Part shown: positions 1 through 14,855 of the stretch, piece after piece
Numbering within the stretch: the first letter of the stretch is position 1
Layout: each line of letters opens with the position of its first letter
Assembly (NCBI RefSeq): GCF_000150275.1
Contig: NW_002060945.1
Span: 6,006,575-6,070,574 of the forward strand
From: Trichoplax adhaerens
Lineage: Eukaryota > Animalia > Placozoa
Length of the DNA: 64,000 nt
Reading direction: 5' to 3'
Notes under the pieces: model-generated
Databases searched by the model: none
Told to the model about the DNA's origin: nothing
What the model saw: only the letters and a program-made list of their open reading frames with translations
Program-made: the position numbers and the translations under genes

Positions 1-796
1 ACCAGATATATCGGCCATATTGATCGAAAAATGTACGCGTGTATACCAATGTTCAAGATTAAATAGCAACGTTTCAATATTCAATCATGCCCTTGAAATA
101 GGACATTACATTGGAGGGTAAGTAACTCTTTGTATGTAGTGTATAAATGGATTAGCCCTTGATACCATTTGCTAAAATTGATCAGGCGATTTGATGGAAA
201 ATATTAACAATTGCTTACTATTAATAAGGTAAAGTTTGCAAGGATTATAATATTGATTCTAGTCTAATTTTAATTGATGCAGCCTCGAATCGTATCATGA
301 AATACAGTACAGTTAATTATCATCGAGTAAACTACAATATGACTATTATGATGAATGGCTAAGAAACTGAAGAGTAATTCTATAAGCCATATCAAAGACT
401 AACACAGGTCAAAAGCGAAGCAATTTTAAAAGTATAGGAACAAAGTTTCAGTATTAATGCTGGCAATGAATTGACTTTCGGATAACGTAATTAGTATCCA
501 CGACTAATAATAAATATAATCTAAGGCACTTTAGCGTAACAATTGAATTGAATTTATTAACGGTTTCAGTCGGTACTGTGCCGTTAACCATAGAAGTAGG
601 GAAAAGCTACAGTAAGAATCTCGTACGGTCCGTGTACTATTAGTTGTTGTTAGTCCTGACTGTACTCAGAGGGCTGTTTTGTAGTCCTACTTTGAAGTAA
701 CCTTAACAAATTTAAATCTTGGGTTTAACGGAAGGTCGGTACAAGTGTTTACAGTATTGTGCCATGCGCGGTACTGTACTGCAGCCATCACATTGT

Positions 797-820
797 ATAT
801 ATATATATATATATATATAT
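797..820. repeat. (AT)n microsatellite
   Basis: Perfect TA dinucleotide run; a similar run lies at ~7735-7758. Confidence 0.9.
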
Positions 821-2223
821 TAACAAATATATACAATTGTACTAATTCAGAGTGTGGCTGAATACAGGTCGAGACTATGCTGTTACGACATATTTTTGCT
901 TGAAACTTATTTGTTCAATGTAGTTAGTCTTAAATGGGTAAACGATTTCAGTAAACGTATACAGGATCACCATATAGCGCTGTATAATAAAGCAAGGATA
1001 GTGAACTTTTGTTTAGACGTCTACAAAGTAGAAGTAGACTAGCGCCAATTAGAGATGCTCCAATTGAAATAGTTACTATACTTTATAGTATCTACAGATA
1101 CTTTTCAATTTTTTCCTGTACACTTTGTAGCAATGACATGCAAAATAAGTTCCTATTGTTACCAATAATAGTGGACAACAGCACCGTTTGATTAAGGTGC
1201 TTAACTTTTTATAAAATTACTCTATTTTTAAACTCTCCCAATAAACCATCTTACGATAATACACCATAAAGCTTAAAACAAAAAAGAGGAATAAAGGCAT
1301 TTTTGCCCATGTTGAAACTTATTTTAATTAATTCATAAGAGCAATACGTACAATAGTAGTAAGTAAAATACTGTAACTCCAGTGACAGTCCATATAAACA
1401 TTTTACTCTTAATTAAATTACGATTTTAATGTCAACAGTTTTTGTAACCTTATCTACAAGTTGCAATTTCATACAACGTGTTTACAGTAAGTATCAACCT
1501 AAATAGATTAATACCTATGCGTTGAACAAGAAAAAAACTTATAGATTCCATATTGCAATCATTATTTGTTCAAATTATTCAAATACAATTCGTTTATACT
1601 TGCAAGTGAAAAAGTATCCTATAGTAGCTAAAAATGCTTTCTATACCTCAACAAATAGTATATAATGATTGACTTTCGATAGCTATCGCAGGGCAGCAAA
1701 AGCACAGTGTTTAAAAACACGCGATATGTATACATTGCATAAAATTCTTTGTAGAAAGGCAAATTTGTTACAATTCGAACATTTGTAGTGATTGTCTATG
1801 CGTGTACGCCTTCAACAAAGGCGAAGGCTAGCTGTGTCCAAGACCTTGCTAACAAATATGAATTAGAATATTGAAAATGTTGCATAAATGGGAACAATAT
1901 CAACATATAGAACTACTCGAGTACTCTATGGCCTAACTAGATAAGATAATTAACGTATAGATTTTGTTAAGCATTTAAATTCTTCCATAAGAATATGTAT
2001 CATATTATACAATGTTCACATGATGACGCATACAAATAAATTACAAGCATCTAGCAAGCGTTTTCTTAAATTATAGCTCTAATACAGTTATTATGGCACA
2101 CGTATCTAATTTAAGGAATAATTGTTGGTCTTCACCATTTGCATCCTAGGATTTGTGTACCAAATATCGTCCTCCATCATAACAGAATATCGTCTTTTAA
2201 CTTTCGTTTATATAAAAACTAAA

Positions 2224-5200
2224 TTACCGATGACGACTTTTATCCTTTCTTCGCCGCCGTTTCATGTAGCAACAAAGACATCTAAAGCAAGACAATAAAA
2301 ATTATGATAATTAGTATCTAAAAATTCGAAATACTCCTGGGTTACAACACTTTGAAAGATGGTATTTTAGATACAAGCATTTACTTAATATCATCACTAC
2401 TATCTGATTCTTGAGAATGTGTATCATTCAGAGCAGTGAGGGGTTCAGTTGGATTGGCGTCTAATCCACCATTATTGGGAGTATCTTGTCTATCTCCGTT
2501 ATATGCTTCTGTAGTTGGCTTTTCCGCCTTTTCTTCACGCCTTGTAGTTGCTGTCTGTGGCTGATTTGGCGCTTTCTTCGACGGATCAGCCCAAGGCTCC
2601 TTTTGCGACTGTTGATAAAGCCATCATAAGTATATAGCATTTAATTATAGTCTTAAAAGTATACAACTGTCAATTAAAACCTGTCGTGGTTGATTTTCCG
2701 TAGTTGTTGCTGTCCTTGCTGCAGATTCTCTAGGGTGAGTTGAGGGTGGTTTCCTTTCAATAGTGTTATTTGCTGGATCGATGACACCCTAAATTGAATA
2801 TAACAACAATAAATCTATGTTCTCAAAAAGTTATCCAAGTCGATAGCGGTCAATTACATATAAATATATATCATTACCACATTTTTACCAGACCAATCAA
2901 ATTTAGTTTCGTCTCCATATCCTCTCTTTTTGTATAATTCTTTAAAGAGATTTCGTAAGTGATCATAATCTGGCTTTTCAAAAAAGTCTAGTCTTCTCGC
3001 ATAGCGAAGATACGAAGCAAATTCCTCTGTATTTTAAGTGAAAAAAAATTAATTTAACTGACAAGGGATTAGAAGTTATCATTACAAAATAAATGAATCG
3101 CTCATGCATTTATAATTATAATAAATCCAACATACCTGGATAATTTTCGCAAAGAACTTCAATCGGTGTTGATCTTTTGGTATCACCAATCTTTTGATAT
3201 CTTTCCTTTAAATTAGCAGCCTGCGCGCAACAACGAACAACATAAGTATAGATAAGTTATTATCGTATCCTACTATTTTAATTTTTAGATATTCGGATAC
3301 ATATCATCAAGGTTGCTGTTGGTATAATTTATAAAAATGATATCGATATATTTACAATAGAACAACATAATATACGATATCAATATGACAGTCACTTTAA
3401 CTATTTTTTGAATTATTGTTTCGATTTTTTACTTACCGTAAGACCTTGCCATGGTAAACTACCGCGTAGGAAATACATAAACATATGACCTAATGCTTCT
3501 AAATCGTCACGCCTACTTTGCTCTTTGGGATTTCATAAGTAATACAAATGATATTTGTACATATTAAAACATTATCAATATAGCTAAGAAATTTTAGTCA
3601 CACATAAAAATCATAATGTAGACTATGTACGCGTATTACAAGTTTACTAACCTTTGCCAAGATGGGTATTTATACTCATATACCGTGCTGTTCCAGTAAG
3701 ACTTTTATGCTCTCTATATGGTATATGCTTATTCGTTTCAGGATCAATATATTCTTTGGCTAAGCCAAAATCAATGATATGAATTATATTTTCATGCTTA
3801 TGATTTGGGCGGCCAAGCACAAAATTTTCTGGCTTGATATCGCGATATATCACATTTTTCGAGTGAACGTATTCAATTCTATTGAGCTATAAAAGTAAGA
3901 TATACAATATTTTAGCCTTGTATAAAGTTGAGAAAAAAAAAAAATTTCAAACAATATGACAGAGTAGAATCATAAAATAATTTTTTTACAGTAAAAAACT
4001 TTACAGTACTAGATTTAGCAATTATACGTGCAATAACTAATCAGTCAATTATAACTACTTCTCTTAGAAATATTCTTTTTCCTACATTGTCTCATATATA
4101 CATATAGTTATTTAAACAAAAAAATCGATAGAGCTCTAAAAGACTACGATAATTAATGGATAGTCATTAAATCGATAGTATCACACTGTACACTAATAGC
4201 TATATACGTTTATTTATTGCAATTACACTAGATACATATCGCATGATCGATTTAAAAAAGCAGATGTATTAAACAACAGTATAACAATACTATGTTGCAA
4301 GAGAGAATAGAGTAATTAATTAAGATACTACAGAAAGCATATTAAACTATTTAAACGGATATAGAACATATAATGCAACTCTTTCTTCGTAAATCAATCA
4401 AATTAAAAGAGAGAAAAATTAATACAAATCTGTAGTATAGGAAAATGTTTATCTTTTATATTGATAACACATCAAGGTAGATAGTAAACTTTTTTGATAG
4501 AATTTCATAGTGTCGTACAATATTGCAAGATTATTTCACTATATTGCAAATATGCCAAAGTAAAAATTTCGATGATATTTTCTATAGTATTTATTTTAAA
4601 TATACTAACCAGTTGAATCGCCAAGAGAATGACAGTTTTAAGCGAGAATTTTCGGTTACAAAATTCGAAAAGGTCTTCCAAACTAGGTCCAAGTAACTCT
4701 AAAACCATAGCATTAAATTTACCACATGGTCCAAAGTAATAGACTTGAGGTAATCCAACTAATGTATGAGAAAGTGTTAAAATCACGGTAAATAAACATA
4801 AGTTACATTCAATATTAGCATGAATAACAAAAATAGTAGCGACAGTTTAACACATCAAGATGTGACACTTAGTTACGATATTTTATCAACATATACAGCG
4901 TTGTTAGAGAATAAAAAATAAAATAAAATTGCCTCTCTATTTTACTTAATACAACGAGATCATATACCATAATTGCCGATCGTCGATACAATTACATCAA
5001 AGAGTATTAATTATTAACTTATTGTTGTACTTGATTCACAATGTAAAATGATCATTTCTCAATAATTAATAAGATCACGAAGCCAACTGACGACAATACT
5101 ACATGACATGCCCGCAGTTCGGCTGAAAATTTTTTGAGTTTGTGCTATAAATCTGATTCTAATATAAATTATAATATCAATTTCTAATATTATATTTATG

Positions 5201-8200
5201 AGTATATATTAGCAATAATAACTAACTATAAGCTATTCGATTTTTAAGGTCGATTTTTATAGAAAGACCTAACTTTATCGATACCCCCCTAGTAGTTCAC
5301 AATGTCAATACCGTACATTCCGAGTTGTACGCTATACGCTATACCATATAGCGCACAAATACAGTACATACGGTATAACATAGCATCTTAGGTGAAATTC
5401 TGTCAAAACATTGGTGCTATATATTAAGCAATTAAGGTAAGAATACCTTCATGCGCTTTTTTCGTTGTAACTATAACTATGGCGATTTTAATATTATTAC
5501 AGATTACCGTCCTAATATACTGTACATCAAAACAGACATTGTCGTGCAATATTTCAATACAAACAATAAATATCAGCGATAAAATTGCAATATTAATTCA
5601 ATATTAATAACATAATCATAATTAACTACTTATTAAGTAGTCATTTTTACTGATGTTTAATATATAACTTAAAATGCCTTCATCAATCATTATACCTGTA
5701 TACTACAGCGTAGTTTAGTATGACATTGAGCATAGCTAATCACAACTCCAGCATTGTCTGATAGTCGCTGACGATTATAATACTTGTATAACTTAGTTAA
5801 TAGAGCGTTAACTACACAGCCAAGCTATATGTACGTATCTACTACAATAGACTATATATAAATCCTTTAAACATTATGTAGTATACCAAGATCAATGTAA
5901 TAATATTTGCAATTAGCTACGCTCGATTTATACATTGTGCGTAAATAAATGCTATTATAATTTTCTACCATAAATATGACAGTTTACCACTAATCAGGTT
6001 TAATTTTTAATACTATGTAAGTAGCATCTGCATGATTCCCTTGTTGGGCAGTATCATAAATAGATAAAAATAATTTCAATTATTATAAATGAATAAAAAA
6101 AAAACGGCCTTAAGAATAATCACTGCTTAACTGATAAATTTATAATAAATTAAAAGATATGTATACCCTACGAAAATTTTACATCTAATCGCGAGCCATT
6201 CATTATTCAGCTAATTAGAAATATTCCTAACATCTGAGATAGCAAATAGAGCTCAAAAAGAGAAGTGCAATAACGATATTTATATCTGCTTATCAACTTT
6301 CGCCAACTGTACCAGCATGGATATTTAGAATGCGTAAAAAAGTACAGATACACTATATCTGTTTCTTTTAGCGTTCAATATAAGAAATTTGGTAGAAAAG
6401 AAAATGAACGAAATGCTTAGAATAAAATTTAAGGCACTAATAAATTTGTACTAAGTTAAAAAAAAAAAATGAAGAGTAAAGTTAGTAAGCTGAAAATATC
6501 TACACTAAATTCCACATTATTATATTACACTAAAGTTATGAACAAGTAAGCGACAAAGTAAGTAATGTCAAGTACATTAATACCTATAGATCGTGTATCC
6601 ATAAACGGCACAACACTACAGTATATAGTACTATAATATAATTACTGCACTATCAGTGTGAAACAACGGCAAATTTAATACCGTAACATGACCATATTAA
6701 AATCCTATTATATTAATCAAATGATCTGTAGCTTTCACACTTGAAGCCAAAATTACTTTGCAACTCAGTAGTCACTATAGTAACTGTAACTTAATCGTCT
6801 AATAATACTTCATTGGAAGAAAATAGCTAAAAAATTCGGCATAAAAAATAGAAGTATAAATATTTTCTATACGTTGCGTATAATACAAAAATAGAATCAA
6901 ATGGATAGAATAGAGAAAAAAAAATTGAAAATATACCATAGGATATTGCATGTCATTATGAAAAGATGAAATTGATGACTGGCAGCGTACTAATTCGTAA
7001 GTATATTTGTGATTACTGTAGGATTATCTATCGTTCGGCAGTTTGTACCACGAATGATATAAAAATTGAAAGATAGAGGTATTTTGGATACAGTTTCGAT
7101 CGTATTTTATCTTGGATTCAGTTCATAATAATTATTGTCAAGAGACAATAATAATAGTAAAGAAATACTTCTCTATGAAAATAGTATCATCAGGAGTAGC
7201 GTCTTAATTTATTTACTTAATCACATATCGATAACGGTATGATTAATTATTAGCAATCAGATAAGACTGCAGCATTATCGATGAGCAAAACTTTCGAAGA
7301 TTAAACGGTAAAATACAGTGAGTACAAGTGTAGAATAATCAAAGGGAATGATAGTAGATAAACTAGAATGTTATACTCTTTACTGTATCAATTTTAGAAT
7401 ACAAACTTAAGTTAGTAAATCTCTTACCATTTTTGCCTAATACTTTATAGAAACGATATTCTAGATGCAATTGAGGAGCTCGTGTTTTCATTGCTTCCTA
7501 TAATGCATTTAAAATGGAAGATGATTTCGGTTAATGTAGTTAATTACGGCAAATAACGGTAACAAGTACACTGTAAATAATATCATAAAGGCTCACAGTG
7601 TCACAAAACGTTATAATCCGTACACAAGTATTAATCTGACGAAGATAGTAATTGAATGGAATAATCAAAACTATTCTTAGCTCCTTAAAAATTCGACCTT
7701 TTACTAATATATAATGGAGAATAACGCTCTACAGTATATATATATATATATATATATAGATCAAAAGGTAAATATTGTTGTAGGTCTAACGTTAGCAAGG
7801 TGGTTCAAAATTGTATGAAGCTACGGCTATAACATAAATATATCATATTACGCAGTACACGTAGTGGGAAAATAAAAACTAAACAATCATAGCAACTATT
7901 ACAAATTTGCGTATATCCTTTGTGCGCTTAAACTATTATCATCATCTATTACTGTACAGTACTGTATATAATAATTATTAGTTTGCGCGTATTTCCATCC
8001 ACATCTCATTTTATCAAAATTTGTTTACGCGCTTGATATCACTGATTACTAATCGCAACAAAAAGGTGAATAAACTTACCAATTTAATCGCCACTCGTTC
8101 GTTATTATAGAGATTTTTACCTGTCCAATGGAATTTCAATAAAAATACTATTTTAGTAAAAAACTTTCGAATGAGCAATACCATGGTGTCTCATCACTAG

Positions 8201-11039
8201 AATAATTCTATGTATGATACGTATTTAAAATTTGATCTTAATCAAGCTATATTGCATGCACAGTATCACAAAACTATTGTCAATCAGACAATAAATAAAA
8301 ATTCATCAAGTCGGATACATAAATCACAAATTATACATAGTACTGGTGTTCTCGATATTCAAGTGAAATTTTAGCATTGGTTAAGAAGCCTATACAGTAT
8401 ACACTCATGGAAAAGGGTCTTAACGTTGCTCGTTTGTAATTTTATTCAGTAAAATAGGCAGTTGTAACAGTTACGTATTTTGCCTTTAGTATCTAAAAAT
8501 GGTACATTCAGTAACATCATCATCCCATCCAAATTTTGCGGTCTTTGACTGTAGTATCGAATGTATTCGAAAGATTTTACAAGTGCTATACAAAACTAGT
8601 GTTATAGTAATTATTAGCTAGTTCTAAATTTTACGAGTGTACCTTTGTATACAGTACTATTATAATTTTAGTGTCGAGATATCGCTATCAACATGATATA
8701 ATTTCCCTATTCCATAAGTAAAATGTAGACTGAACTGATGTGAGAATATTGTAGTGTACATCCTGTCGATTATTTGAAAGCGTTATTTGAATCCAAAGTC
8801 ATTAGGAAGAAGTCAACTGCAATATAAAAGTCAGATTGAAGGAATTGCCATTACTCCCGCTACAATCTTAAGTACGGAATAACTTCTCATATTTTTATAA
8901 CAGCATGGATACGCTTGACAACGATCGATAGGAATTGAGTGATATCGTGTAGAAGATTCCGTAATCTAGTAAGTTAATGTGATAATTTTGCCCCATTTTT
9001 AGGGGGGGCCCGATTCGTCTTATAAAAAATAATATAATATAACGATCATTATGTCAAGACAATCACGTTGGTAACTAGAAAAGATAATTGGTTTCAATGC
9101 TGTAAGATAATGTGTAAATGAACAATATCATACTGTCATTCGTTTTAAAGTAAGTTAAATGTTGTACAATCTCAATAAAAGCATAGCAACGTACAGTAGT
9201 GAGCTGACTATATGATATCATTTGGCATACAAGGCAAAATTAAAGAAAGCAATTGTTACACAGATAGTATATTGGGTCGCTCATCAAGTAAATGTATCTT
9301 TTACATAGTATATTAGGTTTCAAATTGAAGGAATGGATAAAACAATAAAAGGAGAAAAAATAAAATTTTTGAATACACTTTTTTTACAAAGTGACTCAAA
9401 TAAGAAAAGGTAAATCACATCTGTAGCATGCCATTGTCGATTAAATCATTTTTTTGGACAGCATTGCTAGATTAAGGTTAATATATCAAGTTATATTCTA
9501 GTCGATGTATCATGAAGGCAAATAGCATTTCCATCTCGATCAGAATCCCCTCTTTAGACATCAACAAGTAAGTTATGGAATAGTGGGTGAATCAGTGACC
9601 ATTTGAGTCAAGAGTAGGAAGTGAAAAGAAGAAAAAAAAAAAAATATTAGGGATTTAGACTACAACTGTTTAAAATTTTTTATTTCAATCGGACATTAAG
9701 CTATTGTAAGCGATAGCCACATGCAGTACACAACTCTTCTGCCATACTGTGTAGTGTGTACTGTAGCGTGGTTATGTATTGTGTCGACTACTGTCTCTAT
9801 TAGTTGTTCCACTGCGAACAAAAAAAAATCAAGGCGAACGCTTAGAAATAGGAGCTTGGTTAATTCCATTTAGACTATTATTTCAACATGACTATTTAGC
9901 AAAGATAATTTATTGCAGTAGTCATGGTCTACAATTTGATGACAAGACCAAGCAAGAAGAGATTGGCAATCATGATTGATCGATCGATTAACTGAATCGA
10001 GTTGTATTGGAAGGTTTTTATTTGTGCATCTGGGAGTCGATTGAGTATGTTGAAATATTGGAAAGATGTTGACGGCACTTGTAGAAATTCCAGTTGATGC
10101 TAAGTGGATTTTCTATTTACAGTAGTAAGTGCTCAAACAGTCTATTGGATAGTAGGACTGTAGTCATTAGGACAATCTGCCGTCCATCATGCTTTGGTAG
10201 TTGACTATTGATTTCTACAATGGCCATGGTCAAAGTATTGGCATATTGTATCCAACACCGACACTATTTGTAATGATGACAGCCATCAAAATGGGAGTGT
10301 ACTACTGTAGTATCCACGATGCAGTACTAACTATAGCGATAAAAGTAATACCTCGATGGCACTCCTTGTTCACTGTCTATGTAACCATTGCCAACAGTAT
10401 ACTATTGCTTGTCAACGATCGATATTGCCCAACTGCAACGGCATGTAAAAACGAGCGCGGCTACAACATCAATGAAGATGGATTTGATCGTCTTGATTAA
10501 TGGTAAATGCTGCAAATACAATAATTGCCTTTCTATAAACGACATTAACAAGCGTGCAATGAGAAGTGATTGTGTTTTAGGAGAGTTGAAAAAGTACGGT
10601 ATGGAGGCTTTGTTAGAGGCAGAGTAGTACCTCTGAATACGTAAAGTACAACTCAATAAAGCTACGACAAGATTCCAACGACACAATCGGCGTCGGTAGA
10701 ATAAAACGAGTACGATTTCAATGAGTTGAAAAGAACTTGGTATTGGTTATTAGAACAAAATTGATATTGTCAGGCAGGCAGCAAGAATGAATCGACTAGT
10801 TTGGTTGGATGATAGAAATGAGTACGATATTGCCGTTGAATAACGATCATACCTAAATAAATTTCGCCAAAATTGCCCCGACCAATGCGTCTACCCACAC
10901 GAAAATTAGGTCCAACCATCAATACACTAGAATTGGATGAAGCTGAGCCAGCACGGGAAGCTTGACTACCACTATTTGTGCGTGTGCCACGCGGCTTACG
11001 TTGATGATGTTGATCGGTGTCTTTCTCGCGTCTTTGCAT
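2224..11039 (-). CDS. CSNK1G: Casein kinase I gamma (~463 aa, 11 coding exons)
   Basis: GT-AG exons joined in frame: 11039-10853, 8120-8080, 7497-7428, 4758-4610, 3886-3652, 3522-3437, 3220-3136, 3026-2878, 2788-2681, 2608-2385, 2281-2224. Kinase motifs [51 protein letters not shown]. The gamma-specific C-terminus [13 protein letters not shown] is present. Confidence 0.95.
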
Positions 11040-12799
11040 TGTATATTGTAGAGTGTCTTGATGGCGTGGATGAGTCAATTGGGTTGCAATATCGTCGATC
11101 TTTTTGGAAGAGTAATGGATGGACAAAATGTCAATACTGTATCAAGGATTAACTGTTATCGTATGGAATACAAGGTAGAAAAAAGTTCCAATTACACAAG
11201 CATATATCAACAGTAACACCTAAAGGCTTACAATAAAAATACTCTACAGTAGAGTTGTGTTGAATATTGCAAGGAAAATTCAAAACTACTCGTCGACGCT
11301 AGAACGGATTACTTGAAGATGTAATCCAATTAGTCCACAATATTACTGCGATAATAATGACTAGACAGTATACACAAGTCAAAATGGGGGTCTTCGTTTC
11401 CGATCTACTGTCAGTGAAGGAGAGTTGAATGGAAATCGCTATGGATGTCAAGGAAGAATGAAGCTAGCCGGCAAAGAGTGATTTGGTTTTTTGTCTATGA
11501 TGGCCTGCTGATATCAACTTTTTTTTTTTCCCCTAATAATTTTGATACCTTTGCTTCTTCTCCAAGTTCAAAGTGGTGCTTTTATGGACAAGAGATTGCA
11601 ATCAGCGTAAGTTAATTGGTAGCGTTAGCGATCTACTTGAACAATATTGTAATAGATCACGTTCAAATTCAAGAAATTGGAAAGTGATACTGCTGGACGT
11701 ACAACGCTAGCGTGAATGGAGATCGTCCAGTTACCGTGTTGTACAGTATGAGATTGCCTTGTGTTGAGAACTATGTCCACTCAGTCAGAGTTGAAGACTT
11801 GATACTTGAGCCAGTCAAGAATAATTTGCAAGTGATCTATGCTACACTATTCAATCACGGAGTCCATGTTCTCTCCTTTCCTCTTAATTCATATTACATT
11901 GCTTGTATCTCGCCAATAGATTGAAAAATAGTCCCACCACGTCGTTAAGTTCAATCTTCACCGTGGTGAAAGTTTTCTCTTTTGGGCTTGAGCGTTTTCT
12001 ACCGGTGTAGTTCTACTAGCAATAAGTTCAGCCTGTGCTGGCGCGTCTAGTCTACTACGCAAGTACCTCTCGATCGGTTATACTGTGCTCTAGTGTAAAA
12101 GGGGGCAGTCATGGTCTACTATTGTGCCAACCCATCTACTCTTACAGTGTACAGTATGTTTTACCAATGGCAAAGCAATATCGACTCGCGAGTGAGTACT
12201 GTAGACTGTAGACCATGTAGGTTTCCATGGCAAAACATACAGTACTGTATGGTGTCGAGTAGACACTGTGTTGGACTAGAGATGCGGTGAAGATGGCTGT
12301 TTATTCAAGTGTTGAATATGGTAGACCAAGTTTTTTTTTCCTTTATTACTGCCCATTTTAATGGATTGAACTTGTTCAATCAAGATGCACTTGTACAGTA
12401 TTGAATATCTTTTTCATCATGCATTTTCATCAGGCCTCCATCGTGATGAGCAGTAGTGTACTCAACTCTACCATATTGTACACACGGAAGGCGTAAAGTA
12501 TAGTACTGTTTTCTTTCTTCCTCACTTATTGTATTCTACCTTCTTTCTTTCTTTTTACAGTCCATTCTCCATCTTCCACAGTCGGCTGTCATGACCGTAG
12601 ACATGTACGCGTACTTGTCAACAAAGATTTTACTCTACCGATATAGTGTTTGTGAACATCTTCTACAGTATATACTCTACTCTATCCAACCAATGTAAGA
12701 TGCATACTGTACGTTTGCTTGTTGCTAAGTAGGCAAGGCGTAGCTGCCAATTGGCGACGCAAGAACAAATAGCAGAATACAGAAATAACTCATACCGAT

Positions 12800-13073
12800 C
12801 GTATGACATATGACTCAGGAGCAGTTATCATTCACTGGTTGAAATACTGTACCACAGTTAGAAGAAAAATGCTCCTACTCAACTTAGTCATCCAGTCTTC
12901 ACTGATCGATGATCCTCAGCAACCAATATACAAAACCCGTATGACATATGACTCATGAGTAGTCAGCATTCACTGGTTGAAATACTGTACCACAGTTGTA
13001 AAAAAAATGCTCCTACTCAACTCAGTCAACCAATCTTCACTGATAGATGATCCTCAGCAACCAATATACAAAA
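12800..13073. repeat. Two-copy ~138-bp tandem duplication between CSNK1G and NDUFA13
   Basis: cgtatgacatatgactca...gatgatcctcagcaaccaatatacaaaa occurs at ~12800-12935 and ~12938-13073 with scattered substitutions. Confidence 0.9.
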
Positions 13074-13199
13074 TGCCTCCCTCTCTACTTCTGAAAATAA
13101 CAGTACTCAAGTTGAAAGTTGGAATTGGGGGAATACTATTCAACAGTGTACTATCGAAGTTCAGACAAGGACTACTCGACCCCAATTCACTCATTGACT

Positions 13200-13631
13200 G
13201 CCTGTACAGTGTACAGTATACAGTAAGCCGCGGTGGTGCGCCTAGTGCCGTGTGGTGCGGGCTGCCAGTGCTGCGCAGCCGCATCAAATGCCGGTCGAGA
13301 TACGGTGTACAGTACAGAGTGCAGATACAATCAAACTGTACACTGTACACTGTACAGCACTACAGTATACAGTTACCGTGCTTAGTACTGCATACTACAG
13401 TTCAAGACACTGTAGCCGACGTCGAAAAAAGGATGACACAGTTAGACCTGAGAAAGGTTCGGTTCGGTTCGAAACTGTAGGATCTCATACTGACACTGTA
13501 CTGGTATTTAGTCTGTATTGCACTCATGGAAAATCTTACCCAGTGCTCGGTACAGTACACCAGCGAAAACACTTTCAGGTTAAAACCCGTTGGGTGTCAC
13601 TACCTGAGTACCGTCTGTACGGCAGAACAAT
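13200..13631. promoter_or_regulatory. Probable NDUFA13 promoter, divergent from CSNK1G: GC/CpG-rich patch plus TACAG/CTGTA clusters
   Basis: GC-rich stretch at 13226-13305 in an AT-rich background, and dense tacag/ctgta pentamers directly upstream of the ATG at 13632. Confidence 0.5.
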
Positions 13632-14855
13632 ATGGCGTCTGATGGAGTCAAGATGAGGCAGGAGATGCCGCCCAAAGGTGGCTATCCCATGGTAGAATAT
13701 CAACGAAATTTGCCACGGAGAGGTGTCTCTGGAGCAGCAATGATCATTGGTAGTGCTGCAATTATGTCATTTGGATTCTATCTAGTAATTAAAGGCAATC
13801 GACATCGAAGGTAATTACTGTCGATATCTTGTTATGCTTTGTTGCACAGGAGGTAACCTGTAAGCTTGATCAATCAGAATAACCTACGGTAATACGAAGA
13901 ATTGCATAATACTGACGGTGATATTCTAACTTCTATTATTGTATGGCTGTTTCATTCCAACAATTTTATCCAAACTAGAAAGTGTTAGCACTTGCTACAA
14001 CGGTTTTACTACTTTAATACATACTCTTGATAATCAGGTCTACTTGATATACATTTGCACCTACATACACGTATGGACCATTGAACCTACTGTATAAACT
14101 TCTCTTATCCTACTCAACTACTATATAATTCTAATATTAATGATATTGTGAAGTACTTATGATCGAGTAAGTCATTCCTTCAGTATTTGACCAGAGTTCA
14201 AAGAAAAAGCTTTTTCTCTCACCTCAATGATATTGACCGTATCCAGATGATGTCCCGCCGTGGACTCTCATCAAATACGTGTACAGTAATATAATTCGTA
14301 CTGTAGATTCGCTAATTTTACTACATCTTTACATGGTGTCCTGCAGTTGCATCTATCTCATATTTAATACTTATAAGGATTGTCCAAGCTCAGTCTACTT
14401 TACAATAACGCGTCATTTTTGTCCTTAATAATCATCTAATAGAGTGCTAAAACAAGAAAGACTAGAAGCCAGACACTTTGTAAGGCCGTTAATACAAGCA
14501 GAAGAAGATAGAAGGTATGTACAGTATACTACTGTATACGGTATACAGCACTTACCGTATACCATCAAATGATTTGTTACTTTCCTTAGTGATATCAACA
14601 GTGTTCAATGAACCTGCTGAACATGGATAGTTTTAACTAATACAATATTAAAGTCTAATGAATAAATATTGATATCATACATCATCTTACCGCTATCTTA
14701 TTTATAACAATGGCAGAATACTTCGCCGTCTCAAATGTTTAGAATATGAGGAAGCGAAAATTATGCAGAATGTACCAGGATGGGTTATAGGTGAAAGTGT
14801 TTATCATACCGATCGATGGGTGCAGCCACCTGCTGAACAATTATCTAGATTTTGA
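13632..14855 (+). CDS. NDUFA13: NADH dehydrogenase 1 alpha subcomplex subunit 13 (GRIM-19), 129 aa
   Basis: Exons 13632-13810, 14443-14514, 14717-14855. Translation includes QEMPPKGGY..RNLPRRG, a TM segment, PLIQAEEDRR and IMQNVPGWVIGESVYHTDRW. Confidence 0.95.

Noticed and set aside
10201-10686. Overlapping ~80-100 aa ORFs inside CSNK1G intron 1
   Set aside because: Non-ATG starts, no motifs and no splice-consistent structure.
12221-12236. RFX X-box-like GTTTCCATGGCAAAAC
   Set aside because: An imperfect single match with unknown TSS; insufficient support.
13456-13476. GGTTCGGTTCGGTTCGAAAC resembling a tRNA T-loop / Pol III B box
   Set aside because: No cloverleaf or A box; it is a short GGTTC repeat.
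12977-13656. ORFs of 167, 134 and 98 aa upstream of NDUFA13
   Set aside because: Low-complexity Y/T/V/C/Q translations of the TACAG repeats and tandem duplication; no recognisable domain.
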